From assembly GCF_009914755.1 (NCBI RefSeq), contig NC_060948.1: a stretch of DNA of 64,000 bases, one strand, 5' to 3'. The notes beneath the pieces were generated by a model. It was not told where the DNA came from and ran no database searches. It was given only the letters and a program-made list of their open reading frames with translations. Made by a program: the position numbers and the translations under genes. How positions within the stretch are numbered: the first letter of the stretch is position 1; each line of letters begins with the position of its first letter. This document shows, in pieces, positions 11,201 through 25,800 of the stretch. This DNA comes from the human T2T-CHM13v2.0 reference genome, Homo sapiens.

Positions 11201-13839
11201 GGAATGTCCTCTAATGGAATGGATTCGAGTGGAATGGAATCGAATATAATGGAGTCGAATTAAATGGAATTGAAAGGAATGGGACCGAATACAATGGAAT
11301 ATACTGGAATGTAATGTAATGAACTCGAATGTAATTGACTGGAATGGAATGTACATGAATGGAATGTAATCGAATGGAAAGTAATCCAATGGAATAGAAT
11401 CTAATGCAATAAAATCGACTCAAATAGAGTAGAATGTAATGGAATGGAGTGCAGTGCAATGGAATGGAATGGAATGGAATGCAATGGAATGGAATGGAAT
11501 GGAATGGAATGGGATGGAATGGGATGGAATGGATAGTAATGGACTGGAGTGAAATGGACTGGAAAGGAATGGACTCAAATGGAAAGGGCTCGAAAGGAAT
11601 GGAGACAAATGGAATGGAATGGAACAGAGAGCAATGGTATAGAATGGAATGGAATCATCTGGAATGGAATTGAATGGAATGGAATAATATGAAATGGAAT
11701 GGAATGGAATGGAATGGAATGCCCTTGAATTAAATGGACTGGAATGGAATGGACTCGAACAGAGTGGAATGGAAAGTGTTGAGATAGAATGGAATGGACT
11801 CTTTTAGAATGGTCTAGTATGCAATGCAATCGACTGGCAGGGAATCAAAGGAATGTAATCGAATGGATTGGACTGGAATGTAATGGACTCGAATAGATTG
11901 GAAACGGAATGCAAAGGAATGGAATGGAATAGTATGGAATGGAATGGAAAGGAATGGAGTGGAATAGACTAGAGTGGAATGGAATGGACTGGAAAGCAAT
12001 GGACTGGAATGGAACTTTCTTGAATGGACTGGAATCAAACGGAATGGAATGCAATGCAATCAAATGGCATGGAATAAAATATAATGAAAGAGAATCAAAT
12101 GGAATTGAATCGAATGGAATCGAATGGATTGGAAAGGAATAGAATGGAATGGAATGGAATTGACTCAAATGGAATGGACTAGAATGGAATGGATTCGAAT
12201 GGAAGGCAAAGGAATGGAATCTATTGGAATGGACAGTAATGGAATGGAATGGAAGGGATTGGAATGGACTGGAATGGAATGGACTGCAATAGAAAGGATT
12301 CGAATGGAATGAAAAAGAATTGAATGGAATAGAACAGAATGGAATCAAATCGAATGAAATGGAATGGAATGAAATGGAATGGAAAGGATTCGAATGGAAT
12401 GCAATCGAATGGAATGGAATCGAACGGAATGGAATAAAATGGAAGAAAACTGGCAAGAAATGGAATCGAAATGAATGGAGTGTTATGGAAAGGACTCAAA
12501 AGGAATTGAATGTAATAGAATGGAGTGGAGTGGACTCGAATATAATGAACTGGAATGGAATGAAATCACATGGAATGGGAACGAATGGAATGGAATGGAA
12601 AGGAATGGAATCGAATGGAAAGGAATCGAATGGAAGGGAATGAAATTGAATCAACAGGAATGGAAGGGAATAGAATAGACGGTAATGGAATGGACTCGAA
12701 TAGAATGGACACGAATGCTCAAATTGAATGGACTCGAATGGAATGGAAACAAAAGGAATGTCATCGAATGGAATTGAATCGATTGGAATGAAATCGCATA
12801 GAATGGAGTGGAATCAAATGGAATTGAATCGAAAGGAAAGGAAGCGAATGGACTGAAATGAAATGGAATGGAATTGAATGGAAAGTAATGCAATGGAATA
12901 GAATGGAACGAAATTTCACGGAATGGAATCAAACTGAATGGAATCAAATCAATGGAATCAAATCAAATGGAATGGAAAGGAATTGAATGGAGTAGATTGG
13001 ATTGGATGGGATTGGAATGAAATGTACTGGAAAGGACTCGAATTTCATGAAACGGAATGGAATGAATTGGAACGGAATGGACTCGAATGGAATGGAATGT
13101 CATGGAATGGCATCAAATGGAATGGCATCAAATGGAATGGAATCGAATGCAATGGAATGCTATGGAATGGAATGGAATGCATTGGAATGGAATGTCCTCT
13201 AATGGAATGGATTCGAGTGGAATGGCATCGAATATGATGGAGTCGAATGAAATGGAATTGAAAGGAATGGGATCGAATACAATGGAATATACTGGAATGT
13301 AATGTAATGAACTCGAATGTAATTGACTGGAATGGAATGTACATAAATGGAATGTAATCGAATGGAAAGTAATCCAATGGAATAGAATCTAATGCAATAA
13401 AATCGACTCAGATAGAGTAGAATGTAATGGAATGGAGTGCAGTGCAATGGAATGGAATGGAATGGAATGCAATGGAATGGAATGGAATGGAATGGAATGG
13501 AATGGAATGGAATGGGATGGAATGGTATGGAATGGATAGTAATGGACTGGAATGAAATGGACTGGAAAAGAATGGACTCAAATTGAAAGGGCTCGAAAGG
13601 AATGGAGTCAAATGGAATGGTCTGGAATGGAATGAACACGAATGTAATGCAATCCAATAGAATGGAATCGAATGGCATGGAATATAAAGAAATGGAATCG
13701 AAGAGAATGGAAACAAATGGAATGGAATTGAATGGAATGGAATTGAATGGAATGGGAACGAATGGAGTGAAATTGTATGCAGTAGAAGAGAATAGAATGG
13801 AATGCAAGCGAAAGGAAAGGAATGGATTGCAATGGAATG
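8293..13839 (+). repeat. 5547-bp composite: one full unit plus one ~2.0-kb internally deleted unit
   Basis: GAATTC at 8293 and 13840; GGCC at 8332 and 13879; same deletion junction at 11591-11617. Confidence 0.9.
11591..11617 (+). other. Second copy of the 1545-bp deletion junction
   Basis: Junction sequence identical to 6044-6070, 5547 bp downstream. Confidence 0.9.
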
Positions 13840-16800
13840 GAATTCATTGGAATGGAAGGGAATGTAGTGTAATGGACAGGCCTGGAATAAAGTGGAATGC
13901 TACGGTCTCGAATGGAATAAAAATGTATGGAATGGAATGCAATGAAACGGAATCGAATGTCATAGAATGTAATGGAATGCAACAAAATGGAATCCAAAAT
14001 CATTGACTGGAAAGGCTGGGTGTCGAAAGGAATTGACTCCAATGGAATGGAATCGAATGGAATGGAAGTGAATAGAATCGAACTAAATCGAATGGAATGG
14101 AATTGATAGGAACGGAATGGAAAGGAATGCAATGATTTGGCATGGAATGGAATCGAATGGCATCGAATGGAATGGAATGGAATGCAATGGAATGGAATGT
14201 ATTAGAATGTAATGAACTTTAATGGAATGTACTCGAATGGATTCGACTGGAATGGAATGTTCTGGAAGTGAATGGACTCCAATGGAATGGATTCAAAAGG
14301 AATGGAATCGAACGGAATGGAATCTAATGGAATGGAATTAAATGGAAATGAATCAAATTGAATAGCACGGAATTGAATTGAATGGAATCGAATGCAATGG
14401 AATCTAATGAAACGGAAAGGAAAGGAATGGAATGGAATGGAATGGGCTGGAATGGAAAGGAATCGAAACGAATGGAATTGAATCGAACTGAAGAGACTGG
14501 AATGGAATGCACTGGAATGGAAGGGAGTGTAATGGAAGGTTCTCGAAAATAATGGAAGCAAATGGAATGGAATTGAATGGAACGGAATAGAGTCGAATGG
14601 AATTGAATGGAATGGAATGGACTAGAGTGAAATGGAATCGAACCACAAGGAATGGACAGGAATAGAATGGTCTCGAATTGAATGGAATCGTATGGAATGG
14701 CATCAAACGGAATGGAATGGACAGCCACGGAATGGAATGCACTCGAATGCAATGGAGTCGAAACTTATGGACTGGAATGGAATGGACTCAACTGGTACGG
14801 ACTCCAATGGAATGGAATCGAATGGAAGGGATTCGAACGGAATTGACTCGAAGGGAAAAGACTGCAATGGAAAGGTCTCGAATGGAATGGAAATTAATGG
14901 AATGGAATGGAATCGAATGAAATGGAGTCAAAAGGAATGGAATCGAATGGCAAGAAATCGAATGTAATGGAATCGCAAGGAATTGATGTGAACGGAACGG
15001 AATGGAATGGAATCCAAAGGAATGGAATAGAATGGAATGGAATCGAATGGAAAGGACTCGAATGGAAATCACTCGAATAGAATGAAATTTAATAATATAG
15101 GATCAAATGTAATTGAATGGAATGGAAAGGAATCGAAACGAAAGGAATGGAGACAGATGGAATGGAATGGAACAGAGAGCAATGGTATAGAATGGAATGG
15201 AATCATCTGGAATGGAATTGAATGGAATGGAATAATATGAAATGGAATGGAATGGAATGGAATGGAATGGAATGCCCTTGAATTAAATGGACTGGAATGG
15301 AATGGACTCGAACAGAGTGGAATGGAAAGTGTTGAGATAGAATGGAATGGACTCTTTTGGAATGGTCTAGTATGCAATGCAATCGACTGGCAGGGAATCA
15401 AAAGGAATGTAATCGAATGGATTAGACTGGAATGCAATGGACTCGAATAGATTGGAAACGGAATGCAAAGGAATGGAATGGAATAGTATGGAATGGAATG
15501 GAAAGGAATGGAGTGGAATAGACTAGAGTGGAATGGAATGGACTGGAAAGCAATGGACTGGAATGGAACTTTCTTGAATGGACTGGAATCAAACGGAATG
15601 TAATGCAATGCAATCAAATGGCATGGAATAAAATAGAATGAAAGAGAATCAAATGGAATTGAATCGAATGGAATCGAATGGATTGGAAAGGAATAGAATG
15701 GAATGGAATGGAATTGACTCAAATGGAATGGACTAGAATGGAATGGATTCGAATGGAAGGCAAAGGAATGGAATCTATTGGAATGGACTGTAATGGAATG
15801 GAATGGAAGGGATTGGAATGGACTCGAATGGAATGGACTGCAATAGAAAGGATTCGAATGGAATGAAAAAGAATTGAATGGAATAGAACAGAATGGAATC
15901 AAATCGAATGAAATGGAATGGAATAGAAAGGAATGGAATGAAATGGAATGGAAAGGATTCGAATGGAATGCAATCGAATGGAATGGAATCGAACGGAATG
16001 GAATAAAATGGAAGAAAACTGGCAAGAAATGGAATCGAAATGAATGTAGTGTTATGGAACGGACTCAAAAGGAATTGAATGTAATAGAATGGAGTGGAGT
16101 GGACTCGAATATAATGGACTGGAATGGAATGAAATCACATGGAATGGGAACGAATGGAATGGAATGGAAAGGAATGGAATCGAATGGAAAGGAATCGAAT
16201 GGAAGGGAATGAAATTGAATCAACAGGAATGGAAGGGAATAGAATAGACGGTAATGGAATGGACTCGAATAGAATGGACACGAATGCTCAAATTGAATGG
16301 ACTCGAATGGAATGGAAACGAAAGGAATGTCATCGAATGGAATTGAATCGATTGGAATGAAATCGCATAGAATGGAGTGGAATCAAATGGAATTGAATCG
16401 AAAGGAAAGGAAGCGAATGGACTGAAATGAAATGGAATGGAATTGAATGGAAAGTAATGCAATGGAATAGAATGGAACGAAATTTCACGGAATGGAATCA
16501 AACTGAATGGAATCAAATCAATGGAATCAAATCAAATGGAATGGAAAGGAATTGAATGGAGTAGATTGGATTGGATGGGATTGGAATGAAATGTACTGGA
16601 AAGGACTCGAATTTCATGAAACGGAATGGAATGAATTGGAACGGAATGGACTCGAATGGAATGGAATGTCATGGAATGGCATCAAATGGAATGGCATCAA
16701 ATGGAATGGAATCGAATGCAATGGAATGCTATGGAATGGAATGGAATGCATTGGAATGGAATGTCCTCTAATGGAATGGATTCGAGTGGAATGGAATCGA

Positions 16801-19800
16801 ATATAATGGAGTCGAATGAAATGGAATTGAAAGGAATGGGATCGAATACAATGGAATATACTGGAATGTAATGTAATGAACTCGAATGTAATTGACTGGA
16901 ATGGAATGTACATGAATGGAATGTAATCGAATGGAAAGTAATCCAATGGAATAGAATCTAATGCAATAAAATCGACTCAGATAGAGTAGAATGTAATGGA
17001 ATGGAGTGCAGTGCAATGGAATGGAATGGAATGGAAAGCAATGGAATGGAATGGAATGGAATGGAATGGAATGGAATGGAATGGGATGGAATGGTATGGA
17101 ATGGATAGTAATGGACTGGAGTGAAATGGACTGGAAAAGAATGGACTCAAATTGAAAGGGCTCGAAAGGAATGGAGTCAAATGGAATGGTCTGGAATGGA
17201 ATGAACACGAATGTAATGCAATCCAATAGAATGGAATCGAATGGCATGGAATATAAAGAAATGGAATCGAAGAGAATGGAAACAAATGGAATGGAATTGA
17301 ATGGAATGGAATTGAATGGAATGGGAACGAATGGAGTGAAATTGTATGCAGTAGAAGAGAATAGAATGGAATGCAAGCGAAAGGAAAGGAATGGATTGGA
17401 ATGGAATGGAATTCATTGGAATGGAAGGGAATGTAGTGTAATGGACAAGCCTGGAATAAAGTGGAATGCTACGGTCTCGAATGGAATAAAAATGTATGGA
17501 ATGGAATGCAATGAAAGGGAATCGAATGTCGTAGAATGTAATGGAATGCAAAAAAATGGAATCCAAAATCATTGACTGGAAAGGCTGGGTGTCGAAAGGA
17601 ATTGACTCCAATGGAATGGAATCGAATGGAATGGAAGTGAATAGAATCGAACTAAATCGAATGGAATGGAATTGATAGGAACGGAATGGAAAGGAATGCA
17701 ATGATTTGGCATGGAATGGAATCGAATGGCATCGAATGGAATGGAATGGAATGCAATGGAATGGAATGTATTAGAATGTAATGAACATTAATGGAATGTA
17801 CTCGAATGGATTCGACTGGAATGGAATGTTCTGGAAGTGAATGGACTCCAATGGAATGGATTCGAAAGGAATGGAATCGAACGGAATGGAATCTAATGGA
17901 ATGGAATTAAATGGAAATGAATCAAATTGAATAGCACGGAATTGAATTGAATGGAATCGAATGAAATGGAATCTAATGAAACGGAAAGGAAAGGAATGGA
18001 ATGGAATGGAATGGGCTGGAATGGAAAGGAATCGAAACGAATGGAATGGAATCGAACTGAAGAGACTGGAATGGAATGCACTGGAATGGAAGGGATTGTA
18101 ATGGAAGGTTCTCGAAAATAATGGAAGCAAATGGAATGGAATTGAATGGAACGGAATAGAGTCGAATGGAATTGAATGGAATGGAATGGACTAGAGTGAA
18201 ATGGAATCGAACCACAAGGAATGGACAGGAATAGAATGGTCTCGAATTGAATGGAATCGTATGGAATGGCATCAAACGGAATGGAATGGACAGCCACGGA
18301 ATGGAATGCACTCGAATGCAATGGAGTCGAAACTAATGGACTGGAATAGAATGGACTCGACTGGTACGGACTCCAATGGAATGGAATCGAACGGAATGGA
18401 CTCGAAGGGAAAAGACTGCAATGGAAAGGTCTCGAATGGAATGGAAATTAATGGAATGGAATGGAATCGAATGAAATGGAGTCAAAAGGAATGGAATCGA
18501 ATGGCAAGAAATCGAATGTAATGGAATCGCAAGGAATTGATGTGAACGGAACGGAATGGAATGGAATCCAAAGGAATGGAATAGAATGGAATGGAATCGA
18601 ATGGAAAGGACTCGAATGGAAATCACTCGAATAGAATGAAATTTAATAAAATAGGATCAAATGTAATTGAATGGAATGGAAAGGAATCGAAACGAAAGGA
18701 ATGGAGACAGATGGATGGAATGGAACAGAGAGCAATGGTATAGAATGGAATGGAATCATCTGGAATGGAATTGAATGGAATGGAATAATATGAAATGGAA
18801 TGGAATGGAATGGAATGGAATGCCCTTGAATTAAATGGACTGGAATGGAATGGACTCGAACAGAGTGGAATGGAAAGTGTTGAGATAGAATGGAATGGAC
18901 TCCTTTGGAATGGTGTAGTATGCAATGCAATCGACTGGCAGGGAATCAAAAGGAATGTAATGGAATGGATTGGACTGGAATGCAATGGACTCGAATAGAT
19001 TGGAAACGGAATGCAAAGGAATGGAATGGAATAGTATGGAATGGAATGGAAAGGAATGGAGTGGAATAGACTAGAGTGGAATGGAATGGACTGGAAAGCA
19101 ATGGACTGGAATGGAACTTTCTTGAATGGACTGGAATCAAACGGAATGTAATGCAATGCAATCAAATGGCATGGAATAAAATAGAATGAAAGAGAATCAA
19201 ATGGAATTGAATCGAATGGAATCGAATGGATTGGAAAGGAATAGAATGGAATGGAATGGAATTGACTCAAATGGAATGGACTAGAATGGAATGGATTCGA
19301 ATGGAAGGCAAAGGAATGGAATCTATTGGAATGGACTGTAATGGAATGGAATGGAAGGGATTGGAATGGACTCGAATGGAATGGACTGCAATAGAAAGGA
19401 TTCGAATGGAATGAAAAAGAATTGAATGGAATAGAACAGAATGGAATCAAATCGAATGAAATGGAATGGAATAGAAAGGAATGGAATGAAATGGAATGGA
19501 AAGGATTCGAATGGAATGCAATCGAATGGAATGGAATCGAACGGAATGGAATAAAATGGAAGAAAACTGGCAAGAAATGGAATCGAAATGAATGGAGTGT
19601 TATGGAACGGACTCAAAAGGAATTGAATGTAATAGAATGGAGTGGAGTGGACTCGAATATAATGGACTGGAATGGAATGAAATCACATGGAATGGGAACG
19701 AATGGAATGGAATGGAAAGGAATGGAATCGAATGGAAAGGAATCGAATGGAAGGGAATGAAATTGAATCAACAGGAATGGAAGGGAATAGAATAGACGGT

Positions 19801-22800
19801 AATGGAATGGACTCGAATAGAATGGACACGAATGCTCAAATTGAATGGACTCGAATGGAATGGAAACAAAAGGAATGTCATCGAATGGAATTGAATCGAT
19901 TGGAATGAAATCGCATAGAATGGAGTGGAATCAAATGGAATTGAATCGAAAGGAAAGGAAGCGAATGGACTGAAATGAAATGGAATGGAATTGAATGGAA
20001 AGTAATGCAATGGAATAGAATGGAACGAAATTTCACGGAATGGAATCAAACTGAATGGAATCAAATCAATGGAATCTAATCAAATGGAATGGAAAGGAAT
20101 TGAATGGAGTAGATTGGATTGGATGGGATTGGAATGATATGTACTGGAAAGGACTCGAATTTCATGAAACGGAATGGAATGAATTGGAACGGAATGGACT
20201 CGAATGGAATGGAATGTCATGGAATGGCATCAAATGGAATGGCATCAAATGGAATGGAATCGAATGCAATGGAATGTTATGGAATGGAATGGAATGCATT
20301 GGAATGGAATGTCCTCTAATGGAATGGATTCGAGTGGAATGGAATCGAATATAATGGAGTCGAATGAAATGGAATTGAAAGGAATGGGATCGAATACAAT
20401 GCAATATACTGGAATGTAATGTAATGAACTCGAATGTAATTGACTGGAATGGAATGTACATGAATGGAATGTAATCGAATGGAAAGTAATCCAATGGAAT
20501 AGAATCTAATGCAATAAAACCGACTCAGATAGAGTAGAATGTAATGGAATGGAGTGCAGTGCAATGGAATGGAATGGAATGGAATGCAATGGAATGGAAT
20601 GGAATGGAATGGAATGGAATGGAATGGAATGGAATGGAATGGGATGGAATGGTATGGAATGGATAGTAATGGACTGGAGTGAAATGGACTGGAAAGGAAT
20701 GGACTCAAATTGAAAGGGCTCGAAAGGAATGGAGTCAAATGGAATGGTCTGGAATGGAATGAACACGAATGTAATGCAATCCAATAGAATGGAATCGAAT
20801 GGCATGGAATATAAAGAAATGGAATCGAAGAGAATGGAAACAAATGGAATGGAATTGAATGGAATGGAATTGAATGGAATGGGAACGAATGGAGTGAAAT
20901 TGTATGCAGTAGAAGGGAATAGAATGGAATGCAAGCGAAAGGAAAGGAATGGATTGGAATGGAATGGAATTCATTGGAATGGAAGGGAATGTAGTGTAAT
21001 GGACAGGCCTGGAATAAAGTGGAATGCTACGGTCTCGAATGGAATAAAAATGTATGGAATGGAATGCAATGAAACGGAATCGAATGTCATAGAATGTAAT
21101 GGAATGCAAAAAAATGGAATCCAAAATCATTGACTGGAAAGGCTGGGTGTCGAAAGGAATTGACTCCAATGGAATGGAATCGAATGGAATGGAAGTGAAT
21201 AGAATCGAACTAAATCGAATGGAATGGAATTGATAGGAACGGAATGGAAAGGAATGCAATGATTTGGCATGGAATGGAATCGAATGGCATCGAATGGAAT
21301 GCAATGGAATGGAATGTATTAGAATGGAATGAACTTTAATGGAATGTACTCGAATGGATTCGACTGGAATGGAATGTTCTGAAAGTGAATGGACTCCAAT
21401 GGAATGGATTCAAAAGGAATGGAATCGTACGGAATGGAATCTAATGGAATGGAATTAAATGGAAGTGAATCAAATTGAATAGCACGGAATTGAATTGAAT
21501 GGAATGGAATGCAATGGAATCTAATGAAACGGAAAGGAAAGGAATGGAATGGAATGGAATGGGCTGGAATGGAAAGGAATCGAAACGAATGGAATGGAAT
21601 CGAACTGAAGAGACTGGAATGGAATGCACTGGAATGGAAGGGAGTGTAATGGAAGGTTCTCGAAAAAAATGGAATCGAATGGAATGGAATTGAATGGAAC
21701 GGAATAGAGGCGAATGGAATTGAATGGAATGGAATGGACTAGAATGAAATGGATTCGAACCACAAGGAATGGAGAGGAATAGAATGGTCTCGAATTGAAT
21801 GGAATCGTATGGAATGGCATCAAACGGAATGGAATGGACAGCCACGGAATGGAATGCACTCGAATGCAATGGAGTCGAAACTAATGGACTGGAATAGAAT
21901 GGACTCGACTGGTACGGACTCCAATGGAATGGAATCGAATGGAAGGGAATTGAACGGAATGGACTCGAAGGGAAAAGACTGCAATGGAAAGGTCTCGAAT
22001 GGAATGGAAATTAATGGAATGGAATGGAATCGAATGAAATGGAGTCGAAAGGAATGGAATCGAATGGCAAGAAATCGAATGTAATGGAATCGCAAGGAAT
22101 TGATGTGAACGGAACGGAATGGAATGGAATCCAAAGGAATGGAATAGAATGGAATGGAATCGAATGCAAAGGACTCGAATGGAAATCACTCGAATAGAAT
22201 GCAATTTAATAAAATAGGATTAAATGTAATGGAATGGAATGGAAAGGAATCGAAACGAAAGGAATGGAGACAGATGGAATGGAATGGAACAGAGAGCAAT
22301 GGTATAGAATGGAATGGAATCATCTGGAATGGAATTGAATGGAATGGAATAATATGAAATGGAATGGAATGGAATGGAATGGAATGCCCTTGAATTAAAT
22401 GGACTGGAATGGAATGGACTCGAACAGAGTGGAATGGAAAGTGTTGAGATAGAATGGAATGGACTCCTTTGGAATGGTGTAGTATGCAATGCAATCGACT
22501 GGCAGGGAATCAAAAGGAATGTAATCGAATGGATTGGACTGGAATGCAATGGACTCGAATAGATTGGAAACGGAATGCAAAGGAATGGAATGGAATAGTA
22601 TGGAATGGAATGGAAAGGAATGGAGTGGAATAGACTAGAGTGGAATGGAATGGACTGGAAAGCAATGGACTGGAATGGAACTTTCTTGAATGGACTGGAA
22701 TCAAACGGAATGGAATGCAATGCAATCAAATGGCATGGAATAAAATAGAATGAAAGAGAATCAAATGGAATTGAATCGAATGGAATCGAATGGATTGGAA

Positions 22801-25800
22801 AGGAATAGAATGGAATGGAATGGAATTGACTCAAATGGAATGGACTAGAATGGAATGGATTCGAATGGAAGGCAAAGGAATGGAATCTATTGGAATGGAC
22901 TGTAATGGAATGGAATGGAAGGGATTGGAATGGACTCGAATGGAATGGACTGCAATAGAAAGGATTCGAATGGAATGAAAAAGAATTGAATGGAATAGAA
23001 CAGAATGGAATCAAATCGAATGAAATGGAATGGAATAGAAAGGAATGGAATGAAATGGAATGGAAAGGATTCGAATGGAATGCAATCGAATGGAATGGAA
23101 TCGAACGGAATGGAATAAAATGGAAGAAAACTGGCAAGAAATGGAATCGAAATGAATGTAGTGTTATGGAACGGACTCAAAAGGAATTGAATGTAATAGA
23201 ATGGAGTGGAGTGGACTCGAATATAATGGACTGGAATGGAATGAAATCACATGGAATGGGAACGAATGGAATGGAATGGAAAGGAATGGAATCGAATGGA
23301 AAGGAATCGAATGGAAGGGAATGAAATTGAATCAACAGGAATGGAAGGGAATAGAATAGACGGTAATGGAATGGACTCGAATAGAATGGACACGAATGCT
23401 CAAATTGAATGGACTCGAATGGAATGGAAACGAAAGGAATGTCATCGAATGGAATTGAATCGATTGGAATGAAATCGCATAGAATGGAGTGGAATCAAAT
23501 GGAATTGAATCGAAAGGAAAGGAAGCGAATGGACTGAAATGAAATGGAATGGAATTGAATGGAAAGTAATGCAATGGAATAGAATGGAACGAAATTTCAC
23601 GGAATGGAATCAAACTGAATGGAATCAAATCAATGGAATCAAATCAAATGGAATGGAAAGGAATTGAATGGAGTAGATTGGATTGGATGGGATTGGAATG
23701 AAATGTACTGGAAAGGACTCGAATTTCATGAAACGGAATGGAATGAATTGGAACGGAATGGACTCGAATGGAATGGAATGTCATGGAATGGCATCAAATG
23801 GAATGGCATCAAATGGAATGGAATCGAATGCAATGGAATGCTATGGAATGGAATGGAATGCATTGGAATGGAATGTCCTCTAATGGAATGGATTCGAGTG
23901 GAATGGAATCGAATATAATGGAGTCGAATGAAATGGAATTGAAAGGAATGGGATCGAATACAATGGAATATACTGGAATGTAATGTAATGAACTCGAATG
24001 TAATTGACTGGAATGGAATGTACATGAATGGAATGTAATCGAATGGAAAGTAATCCAATGGAATAGAATCTAATGCAATAAAATCGACTCAGATAGAGTA
24101 GAATGTAATGGAATGGAGTGCAGTGCAATGGAATGGAATGGAATGGAAAGCAATGGAATGGAATGGAATGGAATGGAATGGAATGGAATGGGATGGAATG
24201 GTATGGAATGGATAGTAATGGACTGGAGTGAAATGGACTGGAAAAGAATGGACTCAAATTGAAAGGGCTCGAAAGGAATGGAGTAAAATGGAATGGTCTG
24301 GAATGGAATGAACACGAATGTAATGCAATCCAATAGAATGGAATCGAATGGCATGGAATATAAAGAAATGGAATCGAAGAGAATGGAAACAAATGGAATG
24401 GAATTGAATGGAATGGAATTGAATGGAATGGGAACGAATGGAGTGAAATTGTATGCAGTAGAAGAGAATAGAATGGAATGCAAGCGAAAGGAAAGGAATG
24501 GATTGGAATGGAATGGAATTCATTGGAATGGAAGGGAATGTAGTGTAATGGACAAGCCTGGAATAAAGTGGAATGCTACGGTCTCGAATGGAATAAAAAT
24601 GTATGGAATGGAATGCAATGAAAGGGAATCGAATGTCGTAGAATGTAATGGAATGCAAAAAAATGGAATCCAAAATCATTGACTGGAAAGGCTGGGTGTC
24701 GAAAGGAATTGACTCCAATGGAATGGAATCGAATGGAATGGAAGTGAATAGAATCGAACTAAATCGAATGGAATGGAATTGATAGGAACGGAATGGAAAG
24801 GAATGCAATGATTTGGCATGGAATGGAATCGAATGGCATCGAATGGAATGGAATGGAATGCAATGGAATGGAATGTATTAGAATGTAATGAACATTAATG
24901 GAATGTACTCGAATGGATTCGACTGGAATGGAATGTTCTGGAAGTGAATGGACTCCAATGGAATGGATTCGAAAGGAATGGAATCGAACGGAATGGAATC
25001 TAATGGAATGGAATTAAATGGAAATGAATCAAATTGAATAGCACGGAATTGAATTGAATGGAATCGAATGAAATGGAATCTAATGAAACGGAAAGGAAAG
25101 GAATGGAATGGAATGGACTGGGCTGGAATGGAAAGGAATCGAAACGAATGGAATGGAATCGAACTGAAGAGACTGGAATGGAATGCACTGGAATGGAAGG
25201 GATTGTAATGGAAGGTTCTCGAAAATAATGGAAGCAAATGGAATGGAATTGAATGGAACGGAATAGAGTCGAATGGAATTGAATGGAATGGAATGGACTA
25301 GAGTGAAATGGAATCGAACCACAAGGAATGGACAGGAATAGAATGGTCTCGAATTGAATGGAATCGTATGGAATGGCATCAAACGGAATGGAATGGACAG
25401 CCACGGAATGGAATGCACTCGAATGCAATGGAGTCGAAACTAATGGACTGGAATAGAATGGACTCGACTGGTACGGACTCCAATGGAATGGAATCGAATG
25501 GAAGGGAATCGAACGGAATGGACTCGAAGGGAAAAGACTGCAATGGAAAGGTCTCGAATGGAATGGAAATTAATGGAATGGAATGGAATCGAATGAAATG
25601 GAGTCAAAAGGAATGGAATCGAATGGCAAGAAATCGAATGTAATGGAATCGCAAGGAATTGATGTGAACGGAACGGAATGGAATGGAATCCAAAGGAATG
25701 GAATAGAATGGAATGGAATCGAATGGAAAGGACTCGAATGGAAATCACTCGAATAGAATGAAATTTAATAAAATAGGATCAAATGTAATTGAATGGAATG

